Virus record (IMG/VR): IMGVR_UViG_3300009149_000016
Coordinates: 32,001 to 96,000 of that record
DNA from: a virus
DNA: 64,000 bases
Strand: one strand, 5' to 3'
Part shown: in pieces, positions 17,394 through 25,410 of the stretch
Position numbering within the stretch: the first letter of the stretch is position 1
Layout of the letters: every line of letters begins with the position of its first letter
The notes under the pieces: generated by a model
Seen by the model: only the letters and a program-made list of their open reading frames with translations
Database searches by the model: none
What the model was told of the DNA's origin: nothing
Program-made: the position numbers and the translations under genes

Positions 17394-18733
17394 GCGTCTA
17401 CCACCAATTCCTCGAACAAAGCTGCTTGGGACGGGGGAAGCTCGCCCAAACAGTAAAAAGCGAACATTTCGGCAAAGTTCTCATCTGGGCTTGTCTTGGC
17501 GTACGGGGTGATGAACCCCTTGAAATCGTTCTTGAGCATCCTTGGGTCGATGCCCTTGAGTCTCAGGTACCCGAACAGGTTGATCTCCGCTGTATCAATA
17601 GAGAAGCTGCGGCGGGTGATGATGTCGATGAGCATCTTCTTTTCCCGCTCTTGCTCTGGCGTGAGAACCCCTTTGAACAGATCGGGAGCCTGCTTTTCCG
17701 CAGAACGAAGCACCTGAGCTTCAAGCTCTTTCTTGTCCTTGTCCGTCAGGACTTTCCGAAGATGAACCTTGTCTTTCTTCATGTACGTGACTTCGTACGT
17801 CTCGCCCTTATCCGTGATGGTGTCACCACGTTCGGGACGATAACCAAGGAAGTCGCTCTGATACCCATCCTCGGCGGCATTGTAGAGGATCTTGGGCACA
17901 CGCTTGTTTTTCAAGAACTTGTTTTCGTACCGATGACCAAGCTCATGAATGATGGTGCGCACGGAGCTTCCCGCCGCAATTTTCTTGTCAGCACGAACGA
18001 AGAATTCATCCGACCCGTAAACGTAGAACGCAAGTACGTTCCCTTTGTCGATCGACTGGCTGATATGAACCTCGCCGTAGCAGACCTTGCCAAGCCCAGC
18101 GGTTGTGATCTCCGATGCAGCCTCTTTGACTGCCTTAGCGCAGATGTCCATCACACCATCGGGGAAGCCACCCATGTTGATGAGGGTGAAGGGTCCGGCC
18201 TTGACCTTCACGGGGTCGTCGGCATCACCCACCGCAATCTCACGACCCTTGCTCAGCGCTTCTTCCAGCGTACTGAAATGCGCCCGAAGGGTATCGAGGT
18301 ACTTGAGATAGTACGTCAGGTAAGCATCGGTGCGCTCCAAGTCCTTCCTTGGGAGGCGGGGGCGGCGGTTGGTTTTCTTCGTCGCCCAAAACTTGACGAG
18401 CTTCTCGACCTTCTTACGCAGCGTTGCTGACAGGCTGTAGGTCTGGAGGATCGCCATCGAGATCCCCCACATCTGGTTGAACCGCTGATTGAAGCCGACC
18501 ACCTCGGACATGATTGTGAACATGTCCCGACCGAAATCGGGTTTTGCCACGTCCTTGCCACGAGCCAAGTCCTTTTTGTACTGCGAAAGGATGGCTTGGA
18601 ACCGCTCGGCGTCCTTCTCAGCGTTGTCGTAAAGGTCGAACTTGCGCCGAAGCTCTTTGAGAAGTGCTTTCGGATCCTCGACGACCGCTGCCTCCAAGTA
18701 CCGGGTGGCGACTCGCTCAGCATGAACGCTCAT
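17390..18733 (-). CDS. Zincin-like metallopeptidase-domain protein with N-terminal tag
   Basis: IIHELGH plus distal TPYAKTSPDENFAEMF; starts MSVHAERVATRYL at ATG 18733 (ATGA overlap). Confidence 0.7.
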   Translation of the reverse strand: MSVHAERVATRYLEAAVVEDPKALLKELRRKFDLYDNAEKDAERFQAILSQYKKDLARGKDVAKPDFGRDMFTIMSEVVGFNQRFNQMWGISMAILQTYSLSATLRKKVEKLVKFWATKKTNRRPRLPRKDLERTDAYLTYYLKYLDTLRAHFSTLEEALSKGREIAVGDADDPVKVKAGPFTLINMGGFPDGVMDICAKAVKEAASEITTAGLGKVCYGEVHISQSIDKGNVLAFYVYGSDEFFVRADKKIAAGSSVRTIIHELGHRYENKFLKNKRVPKILYNAAEDGYQSDFLGYRPERGDTITDKGETYEVTYMKKDKVHLRKVLTDKDKKELEAQVLRSAEKQAPDLFKGVLTPEQEREKKMLIDIITRRSFSIDTAEINLFGYLRLKGIDPRMLKNDFKGFITPYAKTSPDENFAEMFAFYCLGELPPSQAALFEELVVDA

Positions 18734-19938
18734 GCCAACCACCGGTTGGCAACTCGGAGGGCCACACGATCCGCCCCGGACTGAACGAGCCTCGTGAGCC
18801 GGTCTTGAAGCTCTCGTGGCTTGACGAAGGGGTCGTCCAGGATCAGATCCCGGGCCATGTCCACAGCTTTGCTAATGGCGGCTCCCTTGATGCCCGTATC
18901 CTGAATGAGCCGTCGGGTATCAATCGGCGGCTTCAAAAGCTTGTTGTAGACATCTTCCAAGTCGTCATAGCCGAGCTTGCTCTCAATCCGGCGAAGCATC
19001 CGGAGATGTTCAGGACGGAGCTTGTCCAACCCTACCGGAATCTCGAAACCGGCGAGCGTCAAAAGCAGATCGATGTTCTTGACTCGTTGTCCCACGGCTC
19101 GACGCAAACGGCTTGCCGGAAACATCGAAAGCACAGGATCGAGAAGTCCGAGCCCCTTCATGATGGTGAGCGCCTTTTTAGCGCCGGGCAGCTTCAGGAT
19201 CTTGTCGAAGAAAAGCTCGTCGATCGCCTCGTACGAAACCCTTTTGATTTCCTTGGCTTTGCTCTTGATCGCCCGCCGAGTCGCCGGGTCCAATTCGAAA
19301 CCGTATTTCACAGCAAAACGAATCGCCCGAAGCATCCGGGTCGGGTCGTCATCGAAGGTCTCGTTGGGGTCAAGAGGCGTCTTGACGATCTTGTCCTGCA
19401 AGTCCTTGAGCCCAAGCCCGGTCAAGTCGAGGATGGCTTTCTTGTCGGGACCTTGAGCCACATCGAGAAGCCGCCACACGAGCGCGTTGAACGTGAAGTC
19501 CCGGCGAAGCATGTCTTCGAGGATTGTTCCGGGCTCGACCTTCGAAGGCTTGTGACTCCCCTTTTCCTCTCCCTTGCCCTTTTCGTACTTCTCTTTGCGA
19601 GAAGTCACGATCTCGATCTTCTGTCCTTTGAGGTTGACCCCGTCGAATTCAACGTCCACGGGGACAGGTCCAATGTGCACGACGCCGTATTGGTCGGCCT
19701 TGACGTTGGGTACCTGAAGGGCATCGGCAACCGCTTCGGCGAGCGTGACGGCATTCTTGCCGTTTTTCGGCTCGACCACCACGTCGACATCTTTGAAGTC
19801 GAACCCCAAAGCGAAGTCCCGGGGGGCCCCGCCCACGATGTAACTGTGACTGGCCATACCAAGCCGTTTGGCGGTGGCTGACAGCAGTTTGACCAAGGCG
19901 TTGGCCTGTTGGGGGGTGGCGTCGGCAAGTCGGAACAT
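18730..19938 (-). CDS. tRNA nucleotidyltransferase (CCA-adding)/poly(A) polymerase family with C-terminal tag
   Basis: IVGGAPRD, KDVDV, EDMLRRDFTFNA, DDPTRMLRAIRF; ends ALRVANRWLA. Confidence 0.9.
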   Translation of the reverse strand: MFRLADATPQQANALVKLLSATAKRLGMASHSYIVGGAPRDFALGFDFKDVDVVVEPKNGKNAVTLAEAVADALQVPNVKADQYGVVHIGPVPVDVEFDGVNLKGQKIEIVTSRKEKYEKGKGEEKGSHKPSKVEPGTILEDMLRRDFTFNALVWRLLDVAQGPDKKAILDLTGLGLKDLQDKIVKTPLDPNETFDDDPTRMLRAIRFAVKYGFELDPATRRAIKSKAKEIKRVSYEAIDELFFDKILKLPGAKKALTIMKGLGLLDPVLSMFPASRLRRAVGQRVKNIDLLLTLAGFEIPVGLDKLRPEHLRMLRRIESKLGYDDLEDVYNKLLKPPIDTRRLIQDTGIKGAAISKAVDMARDLILDDPFVKPRELQDRLTRLVQSGADRVALRVANRWLA

Positions 19939-19973
19939 TTCAACCTCAGTCTGCCCGCCTCATAGGAAAATTG

Positions 19974-20002
19974 TTGATCGTGAACAACCCTACACCTTAG
20001 AG
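19974..20002 (+). promoter_or_regulatory. Class-1 promoter-like motif TTGATC-N17-TTAGAG
   Basis: Repeat copy; ATG only 5 nt downstream. Confidence 0.7.
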
Positions 20003-20007
20003 GGTGC

Positions 20008-20325
20008 ATGAAGACTCTCGAAGCCCCCTCAGCCGTCACCGTCAACGCAGTCGCCCGCAAGTGGGCCAAGGCGCGTCCCGAGAGCGCTCAGCGCATCAAG
20101 CGGGCGGTCGCCCTGGTCGCCACCGTCGAGCGCACCGGCTCCCACACGTTCGCCGTCGAAGGCTCGGACGGTCGCAGCTACCAGGTGTGGGTCAACTGGC
20201 AGAAGCACACGAGCACATGCACATGCCCTGACTCGATGGGTCGGGGAGCCAAGTGCAAGCACCGCTGGGCTGCGGCGCTCGTCATCGCCGGCCGGTCAAC
20301 CGACCGCAAGGCTGCCCAAGCCTAG
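20008..20325 (+). CDS. SWIM zinc-finger protein
   Basis: VEGSDGRSYQV...CTCPD...CKH. Confidence 0.85.
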   Translation: MKTLEAPSAVTVNAVARKWAKARPESAQRIKRAVALVATVERTGSHTFAVEGSDGRSYQVWVNWQKHTSTCTCPDSMGRGAKCKHRWAAALVIAGRSTDRKAAQA

Positions 20326-20753
20326 ACGGTCGCTTGGGGTGCCTGGGACTTGCGCTTGAGGAACTGGCGCTCCCAATGCTTGCTCCGGGTTCCCAAGTAC
20401 AGGACCCGGTCGTTCGGACACGGCGTGACGATCACGTTTGTCATCGGCACCCGCCCAACCTTTTTCCCACACTGAAGCTTGTAGCCGGTCCCATTGGTCC
20501 AAACGGCGCCCCGCCCGCTCGTGAGCAGTTCGCTCGCAAGGTCCATCGCGTGCGTCCGGTCAATCCGAAACCGAATGAACGTGAGAGCGCCGATGTTGAG
20601 CGGGCCGTTCGCTTCGAGGAAATCAAACTTGATCTGGGCTTTCGCTGCGGTTCGCAAGACTGCTTCTGCGACGTCTTGGACCGATTCGAGGGATTGTTGT
20701 TCGACAGCGAAGTACGTCGCCGGGGTGTTCGAAGGAAAGAAGTGGTGCATCAT
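20322..20753 (-). CDS. Hypothetical protein
   Basis: 143 aa, coupled to DHFR. Confidence 0.65.
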   Translation of the reverse strand: MMHHFFPSNTPATYFAVEQQSLESVQDVAEAVLRTAAKAQIKFDFLEANGPLNIGALTFIRFRIDRTHAMDLASELLTSGRGAVWTNGTGYKLQCGKKVGRVPMTNVIVTPCPNDRVLYLGTRSKHWERQFLKRKSQAPQATV

Positions 20754-21541
20754 GTTCGTACGTAGTAGCGGTGGAGAAGGTCAGGGTCGTCGGGGTTGTG
20801 GCTCTCGGATTCGAGAGTGAATGCTTCCATGGGCAGGCGAGGCATCGGGGTGATGTCACCCATTGAGAGAACCACAAGATCTGGCACGATTGTCAGATCC
20901 AATGCGTCGACGAATGGCAGCGCCGCCTCATAGACCATCGCACCACCCGCTACCCACCTTGGTCGTCCAGCAAAGTACATTCTCGAAAGTTCGAACGCAA
21001 GCTCGATTTCGTTGACTGCCCGCACGCCCGTGTCTTGAAACGGACCTGGGTTGCTCGTGAGCACGATGATCTCACGCCCCTTGAGCTTTTTCCGTCCAAG
21101 CGACTCGTAGGTCTTGCGCCCCATGATGAGCACACCGCCCATCGTCCGCTGTTTGAATCGGCGCATGTCGGCCTTACGATGCCACGGGATGCCTCCGTCG
21201 GCTCCGATGACACCTTGGGGGTTGATGGCGGCGATAAGCGTCGTCTTGACCTGTTTCTCTTCCACTATGCGCTCCCAGATGGTTGGGCGACCGGCGAGGG
21301 GCCCCCAAATCTCCAAAGCTTCCTCTTGGGTGGCCTCTCGCTCTGGGATCTTGTCCAAATCCATGATCTGCTCAGGCTTGTAGACATGCCCCCGGTCGAC
21401 GAAGTAGCTCTTGTGGTCGGAAGGCATCTCTCCGGGCTTGAGGAAACGCCCCATGTTGAGCACGAGAAGCAGAAATCCATCCGTCGTTCGATGCCATTTG
21501 ACGATCTGCTTCGTTGCCAGGATGTAGGTGCGGCCCATCAA
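20750..21541 (-). CDS. folA: Dihydrofolate reductase fused to a ~95 aa N-terminal domain
   Basis: LIAAINPQGVIG..GGIPW...DMRRFK..T...IMGRKTYES...GR..IVLT...VAGGAMVY. Confidence 0.9.
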   Translation of the reverse strand: MMGRTYILATKQIVKWHRTTDGFLLLVLNMGRFLKPGEMPSDHKSYFVDRGHVYKPEQIMDLDKIPEREATQEEALEIWGPLAGRPTIWERIVEEKQVKTTLIAAINPQGVIGADGGIPWHRKADMRRFKQRTMGGVLIMGRKTYESLGRKKLKGREIIVLTSNPGPFQDTGVRAVNEIELAFELSRMYFAGRPRWVAGGAMVYEAALPFVDALDLTIVPDLVVLSMGDITPMPRLPMEAFTLESESHNPDDPDLLHRYYVRT

Positions 21542-21795
21542 AACACTCCAAGGTGAACACAGGGGGTCTCATTGACCGGAGAAGTCCACCCCAAGATCAG
21601 ACATAGAGGACAAGGGATGTGCTCAAACTCGATACCATGCACCTTTTCCACCCGCAAGATCGCCTGAAGGTACCTCTTGGACATCGGAAAGTGATGCCTT
21701 CGAAGATACCTCCAGCCTGTCACGTACCACAGGATACAGCACGGGTGGATATCCGAGCGCAGCCCGTTGACCATGTGCTCAAAGGTGTCACTCAC
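21538..21795 (-). CDS. Small hypothetical protein
   Basis: GTGA-coupled between thyA and folA. Confidence 0.55.
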   Translation of the reverse strand: MSDTFEHMVNGLRSDIHPCCILWYVTGWRYLRRHHFPMSKRYLQAILRVEKVHGIEFEHIPCPLCLILGWTSPVNETPCVHLGVF

Positions 21796-22907
21796 ACGGC
21801 GACCTTGAACTTGATGTTTTCCCGGGGCATGTAGTTCTCGATCCGGAACAGCTTCATGATCTGCTCCGTCGTCACCGAAGGATCCAAAAGGGCCTCAACG
21901 TCTTCGAGCGTCCGAATGGAATCGTCAATGAAAAGATTGGGGGGCGAGTCAATGTCCCGCTCAAGCTGTTCTTCGAGCCCGGGTACGTGGTCGTACTCGG
22001 CTTGGGTACCGTCGGCTTTCTTCGTGTAGATGTGGGTATCCACGAGCGTGTGGCCGAAGATCCCAGCTTCCATGTCGGCAAACCGAGCCATGAGCGAACA
22101 CAGAAGGGCGTAGCTTGCGAGGTTGTACGGCACCCCCAACGCCACATCGCATGAGCGCTGGGTCAAGTGCAGGCAAAGCCGTCGGGGGTCGTCATAGGCC
22201 GGACCATCCTTGAAAGGTTCACTCTTGTGAATCTTGTTCAAGATTTGTTTGCACTTGGGACACCAAGCTTGCCCCCGATCAAGCACAGCAATTCCGGTTC
22301 GGGTTTGCGAACCACGAGGTGCGCCGCAGACAGGATCAAATCCGTCGTTGTGCCCATAGTGGAACACCTTGTCCACGCCCTGGTTCTGGACGTTGAAGAT
22401 GAACATGCAGTGGCAGGGGGCCCAATAGGTCTTGAGGGTCGGGGGCGTTTGCACGATGTGAGGCTGCCAGGCGCTTACCACGAGATCCCGCCGCATCGGG
22501 TTGGTCTGAAGCTGCCCCATCACCCACTTGATTTGGTCGTTCCATTCGGTGACCGGCCCATCGTAGCCGAGCCCCGTCTCATCCATACGGTAGCCGGGGG
22601 TCTCGAACCGGCGCCAGGCGGGCCCATAGGCGGCGTTGACCTTCCCGTCGTCCCGGTACCAGGGTCGCCAGAACTTGATCCCATGCCGCTCAAGGAAGTC
22701 TTGCCCGTTGGTACCCGACAGGAACCACAGAAGCTCGATCACAATGTTCTTCCACTGGATTTCCTTCGTGGTCAGAAGCGGGAAGCCATCCCTCAGATCG
22801 TGCTCGTAGTAGTACCCAAACGTTGACAAGGTGTCTACGCCAGTTCGGTTTTCCTTGCGAACGCCGTGCTTGAGCACATGGCGCACGAGATCATGATATT
22901 GTCTCAT
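21792..22907 (-). CDS. thyA: Thymidylate synthase with insertions
   Basis: ENRTGVDT, GFPLLTTK, ELLWFLSG, YG..WR, APCH, QRSCD..LGVPYNLASY, DTHIY. Confidence 0.95.
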   Translation of the reverse strand: MRQYHDLVRHVLKHGVRKENRTGVDTLSTFGYYYEHDLRDGFPLLTTKEIQWKNIVIELLWFLSGTNGQDFLERHGIKFWRPWYRDDGKVNAAYGPAWRRFETPGYRMDETGLGYDGPVTEWNDQIKWVMGQLQTNPMRRDLVVSAWQPHIVQTPPTLKTYWAPCHCMFIFNVQNQGVDKVFHYGHNDGFDPVCGAPRGSQTRTGIAVLDRGQAWCPKCKQILNKIHKSEPFKDGPAYDDPRRLCLHLTQRSCDVALGVPYNLASYALLCSLMARFADMEAGIFGHTLVDTHIYTKKADGTQAEYDHVPGLEEQLERDIDSPPNLFIDDSIRTLEDVEALLDPSVTTEQIMKLFRIENYMPRENIKFKVAV

Positions 22908-23133
22908 TTTCCACTTTCACGGGGAGGGGGTAGTGAATGAAGTCGAAGGTGGCGCAGGTTCCGCAGCTTCGGCACTTGTAGACGTAGATTCCATCCCGAA
23001 TGGCCTTGAACACCGGATCCACGTTGAGAAACTCACCACATTTGCAGCGGGTCACGAAGCCTTGGTCGGCAAGTAGCTTCTGTTCCAGCCGTTTCCGAAG
23101 ATAGGCGTGGTACCAGTCAACCAAGAACTTCAT
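22891..23133 (-). CDS. Small Zn-ribbon protein
   Basis: CKCG...CRSCG; start at ATG 23133 (ATGA overlap). Confidence 0.65.
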   Translation of the reverse strand: MKFLVDWYHAYLRKRLEQKLLADQGFVTRCKCGEFLNVDPVFKAIRDGIYVYKCRSCGTCATFDFIHYPLPVKVENETIS

Positions 23134-23408
23134 AGCCTCTCCCAGATGGTTGGGCGCTTCTGGTCCCACCCCAGTTCGGCCTCACGCACCCTGGAAGCGT
23201 GCACGAAGGCTTCCAGGGCGTCGTAGAAGTCCGTCGTGTGCAAGGTTATGCGCTCGTTGGAGCACAAGAGTCCATCCTTGACTCGCAGGGTGACCACCGG
23301 AACCTTTTCCCTCCGGTCGATCTTGAGATAAACCACATCACCTACGGCAAAAACGGTGACGTCATCCTCATCGGAGTTGGCTTCCGGGCCGATAACAACG
23401 GTCCTCAT
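23130..23408 (-). CDS. Hypothetical protein ending RPTIWERL
   Basis: 92 aa, coupled both sides. Confidence 0.7.
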   Translation of the reverse strand: MRTVVIGPEANSDEDDVTVFAVGDVVYLKIDRREKVPVVTLRVKDGLLCSNERITLHTTDFYDALEAFVHASRVREAELGWDQKRPTIWERL

Positions 23409-23974
23409 TGGTACCTTCGTCCGGTCCAGGCGGCGACGTGGTTGTAGACGTCACCCCAGTTGTACGCCCGGGTCAAATGCTCGTCCTCTTGGTTGTATGT
23501 CGTGTCCCAGAGGATTCCCTCACCGTTCGGGTGCGCTGCGAGCCACTTCTGAACGTTTTCCGGCTTGTCATCGATCAGGATGTCGCCGTCGACGACTTCC
23601 TTATAGCCCGTCTGGACGATCTTCCTCGGGTCGAAGCCGAACTTGCCAGCGAGCCAGAAGCTTCGCTCATAGGCCCACGTAGGGCTCGTGTGGAACGGTG
23701 TGGTGACCGGAACCACCTCCCCGAACGTCTGAAGCCGCTTGACGGCTTCGGGAGCCTCTGGGAAGGGCTCGATCCCCGCACAGAACCCTGGCTGGTTCAT
23801 GGCGAACCGCAAGTGCTCGTGGTGCTCAGATGGGATGAGCTTCTGGATGTCCCAATCGACAACCTGCTCCGGGCGCAAGGTGATGCCCATGTGCTGCTTG
23901 ATCAGCTTGAGAACGGCTCCCGTGAAGTCCCCGACGACTCCATCAACGTCCAGCAAGATTCGTGGCTTTGGCAT
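23405..23974 (-). CDS. 5'(3')-deoxyribonucleotidase, HAD superfamily (NT5C-like)
   Basis: LLDVDGV, VTTP, GDILIDDKPEN, YN. Confidence 0.9.
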   Translation of the reverse strand: MPKPRILLDVDGVVGDFTGAVLKLIKQHMGITLRPEQVVDWDIQKLIPSEHHEHLRFAMNQPGFCAGIEPFPEAPEAVKRLQTFGEVVPVTTPFHTSPTWAYERSFWLAGKFGFDPRKIVQTGYKEVVDGDILIDDKPENVQKWLAAHPNGEGILWDTTYNQEDEHLTRAYNWGDVYNHVAAWTGRRYQ

Positions 23975-24292
23975 TTACTTCCTCTTGAAATGGATCTGGC
24001 TTCGAGCAAGAGCTTCTACCAGCCCAGGCGGGTCCGCATCTTCCCCCGCATCCTCGAACACGTCAAGATCGTTGGCAGCCCGCAAAAGGTGACTGTACTG
24101 GTCACCCCCCGTCTTCCATTCAGCGATGACGCCATGCATCGCACGGCTCACCTCTTGAAATTCAGAATCCGAACGGCACCGACGAAACATAAGGGTGAAA
24201 GTCTCGGCTTGCTCAGCGGTAAGCTCGCCAATCTTTCGGAACCCCTCAACGATGGTTTGGAACTTCTGCTTTTGTCGACGCTTGTTCGTCAC
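23975..24292 (-). CDS. Hypothetical protein
   Basis: GTG start 9 nt after a class-2 motif (24302-24308). Confidence 0.7.
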   Translation of the reverse strand: MTNKRRQKQKFQTIVEGFRKIGELTAEQAETFTLMFRRCRSDSEFQEVSRAMHGVIAEWKTGGDQYSHLLRAANDLDVFEDAGEDADPPGLVEALARSQIHFKRK

Positions 24293-24301
24293 CCAGAAGT
24301 G

Positions 24302-24523
24302 CTACACCAGCTTGTAACCCAGAGCGCACCCAGATCCCTGCCCACCGACCTTGGTCAGTCGACCCTCTTTGACCAACTCGTTGAGAAGCGCTTCGGCTTG
24401 CTCAAGGGACACGCGACCCTTGTAGCTTGAGACTACAGTCCCGACCAGCAAAGGACGGTACCGCTGTTTCTTTGCCAGGGTGAGCGCGAACTCTTTCACT
24501 CGAAGTTCTTCAGCTTCGTCCAT
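24302..24523 (-). CDS. Small winged-helix-like protein
   Basis: SLEQAEALLNELVKEGRL...GYKL pattern. Confidence 0.55.
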   Translation of the reverse strand: MDEAEELRVKEFALTLAKKQRYRPLLVGTVVSSYKGRVSLEQAEALLNELVKEGRLTKVGGQGSGCALGYKLV

Positions 24524-24791
24524 GCTCGATCCGTATGGGGGGAAGCTCGGGCATTTCGGAATCAAGCCCGAATGCTTTCATTTGGTCTTCGACCGGCGCC
24601 ACCGCTTCCAACTCGTCAAGTTGGTCTACACTCTTGATCGTGGCGCCCTTTTCTTCCAGCCGGGCCGTCAAGCCTTCGATGTCATCTGTGATCACCGAAA
24701 ATACGTTCGTGCCGGAATCAAGGACAATCTCCTCAGCCTCATCGATGATGAGATCCCGACAGAACGCTTGGACAGAATAGTGACCCATCAC
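24510..24791 (-). CDS. Hypothetical protein
   Basis: 93 aa acidic ORF in a coupled series. Confidence 0.6.
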   Translation of the reverse strand: MMGHYSVQAFCRDLIIDEAEEIVLDSGTNVFSVITDDIEGLTARLEEKGATIKSVDQLDELEAVAPVEDQMKAFGLDSEMPELPPIRIEHGRS

Positions 24792-25009
24792 GAAGCGAGG
24801 AACGAGGGTTGCCCACCCAAGACCAGTTCCCGGTAGGCTTCCGTGAGGACGCCGCTCGGCTTGAGGTTGCCCTCGTACGCCAAAGCGGTTGAAGTGCCCC
24901 CACCCTCCGTTGCCCAGCGAGCCGAGTAGTTCGGATCTGAGTAGGATTGGTTTTTACCGATCGGAGCGTTCCAATCGGGAAGAGTCGGAAGTGGATCGCC
25001 GGCTGCCAT
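24788..25009 (-). CDS. Hypothetical protein
   Basis: 73 aa; AGGAG RBS. Confidence 0.65.
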   Translation of the reverse strand: MAAGDPLPTLPDWNAPIGKNQSYSDPNYSARWATEGGGTSTALAYEGNLKPSGVLTEAYRELVLGGQPSFLAS

Positions 25010-25020
25010 GATTAGATCTC

Positions 25021-25386
25021 CTATTCAGCGAGAACGCCAGCTTCGACCGTACCCGGTCGAGCCCATAGGATGGTACCACTCGGCCACTCCGTGATGGTAG
25101 TCGCTTCTGCCAAAATGGTGTTCCTATCCGAAACTGCCCCGGCGCCCTCGCCCTCCAACCGGACAGCGAACCAAGCGATCTCCCCAATAACTGAGCTATC
25201 ACCGGGGATGAGCGCTTCGATGGTCGTGTCGTCCCAGCTTTCAGGGATTACCTCAAAAGCTCCTGCATTCTCGCAGTAGAAAACCAAGACGCTATCACCC
25301 TGAGAGGCGCCGAAACCTGAACCCTGAAGGGTTACCGTCGCGTCTTGTTCCCAGGTGGTTGTGGTACCTTCAATTGACGGGGGCAT
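25021..25386 (-). CDS. IPT/TIG Ig-like domain protein
   Basis: VTLQGSGFGASQG...SWDDTTIEALIP pattern. Confidence 0.7.
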   Translation of the reverse strand: MPPSIEGTTTTWEQDATVTLQGSGFGASQGDSVLVFYCENAGAFEVIPESWDDTTIEALIPGDSSVIGEIAWFAVRLEGEGAGAVSDRNTILAEATTITEWPSGTILWARPGTVEAGVLAE

Positions 25387-25410
25387 ACCCTTTGCCCCTT
25401 CATAAGACGA

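Noticed and set aside
25387-25410. CTTATGAAGGGGCA upstream of the IPT gene as a class-1 or late promoter (similar C[CT]TAT words near 19960, 47232, 60186)
   Set aside because: No TTGAT at 17 nt and the candidates do not align convincingly; a late-promoter consensus cannot be supported by eye
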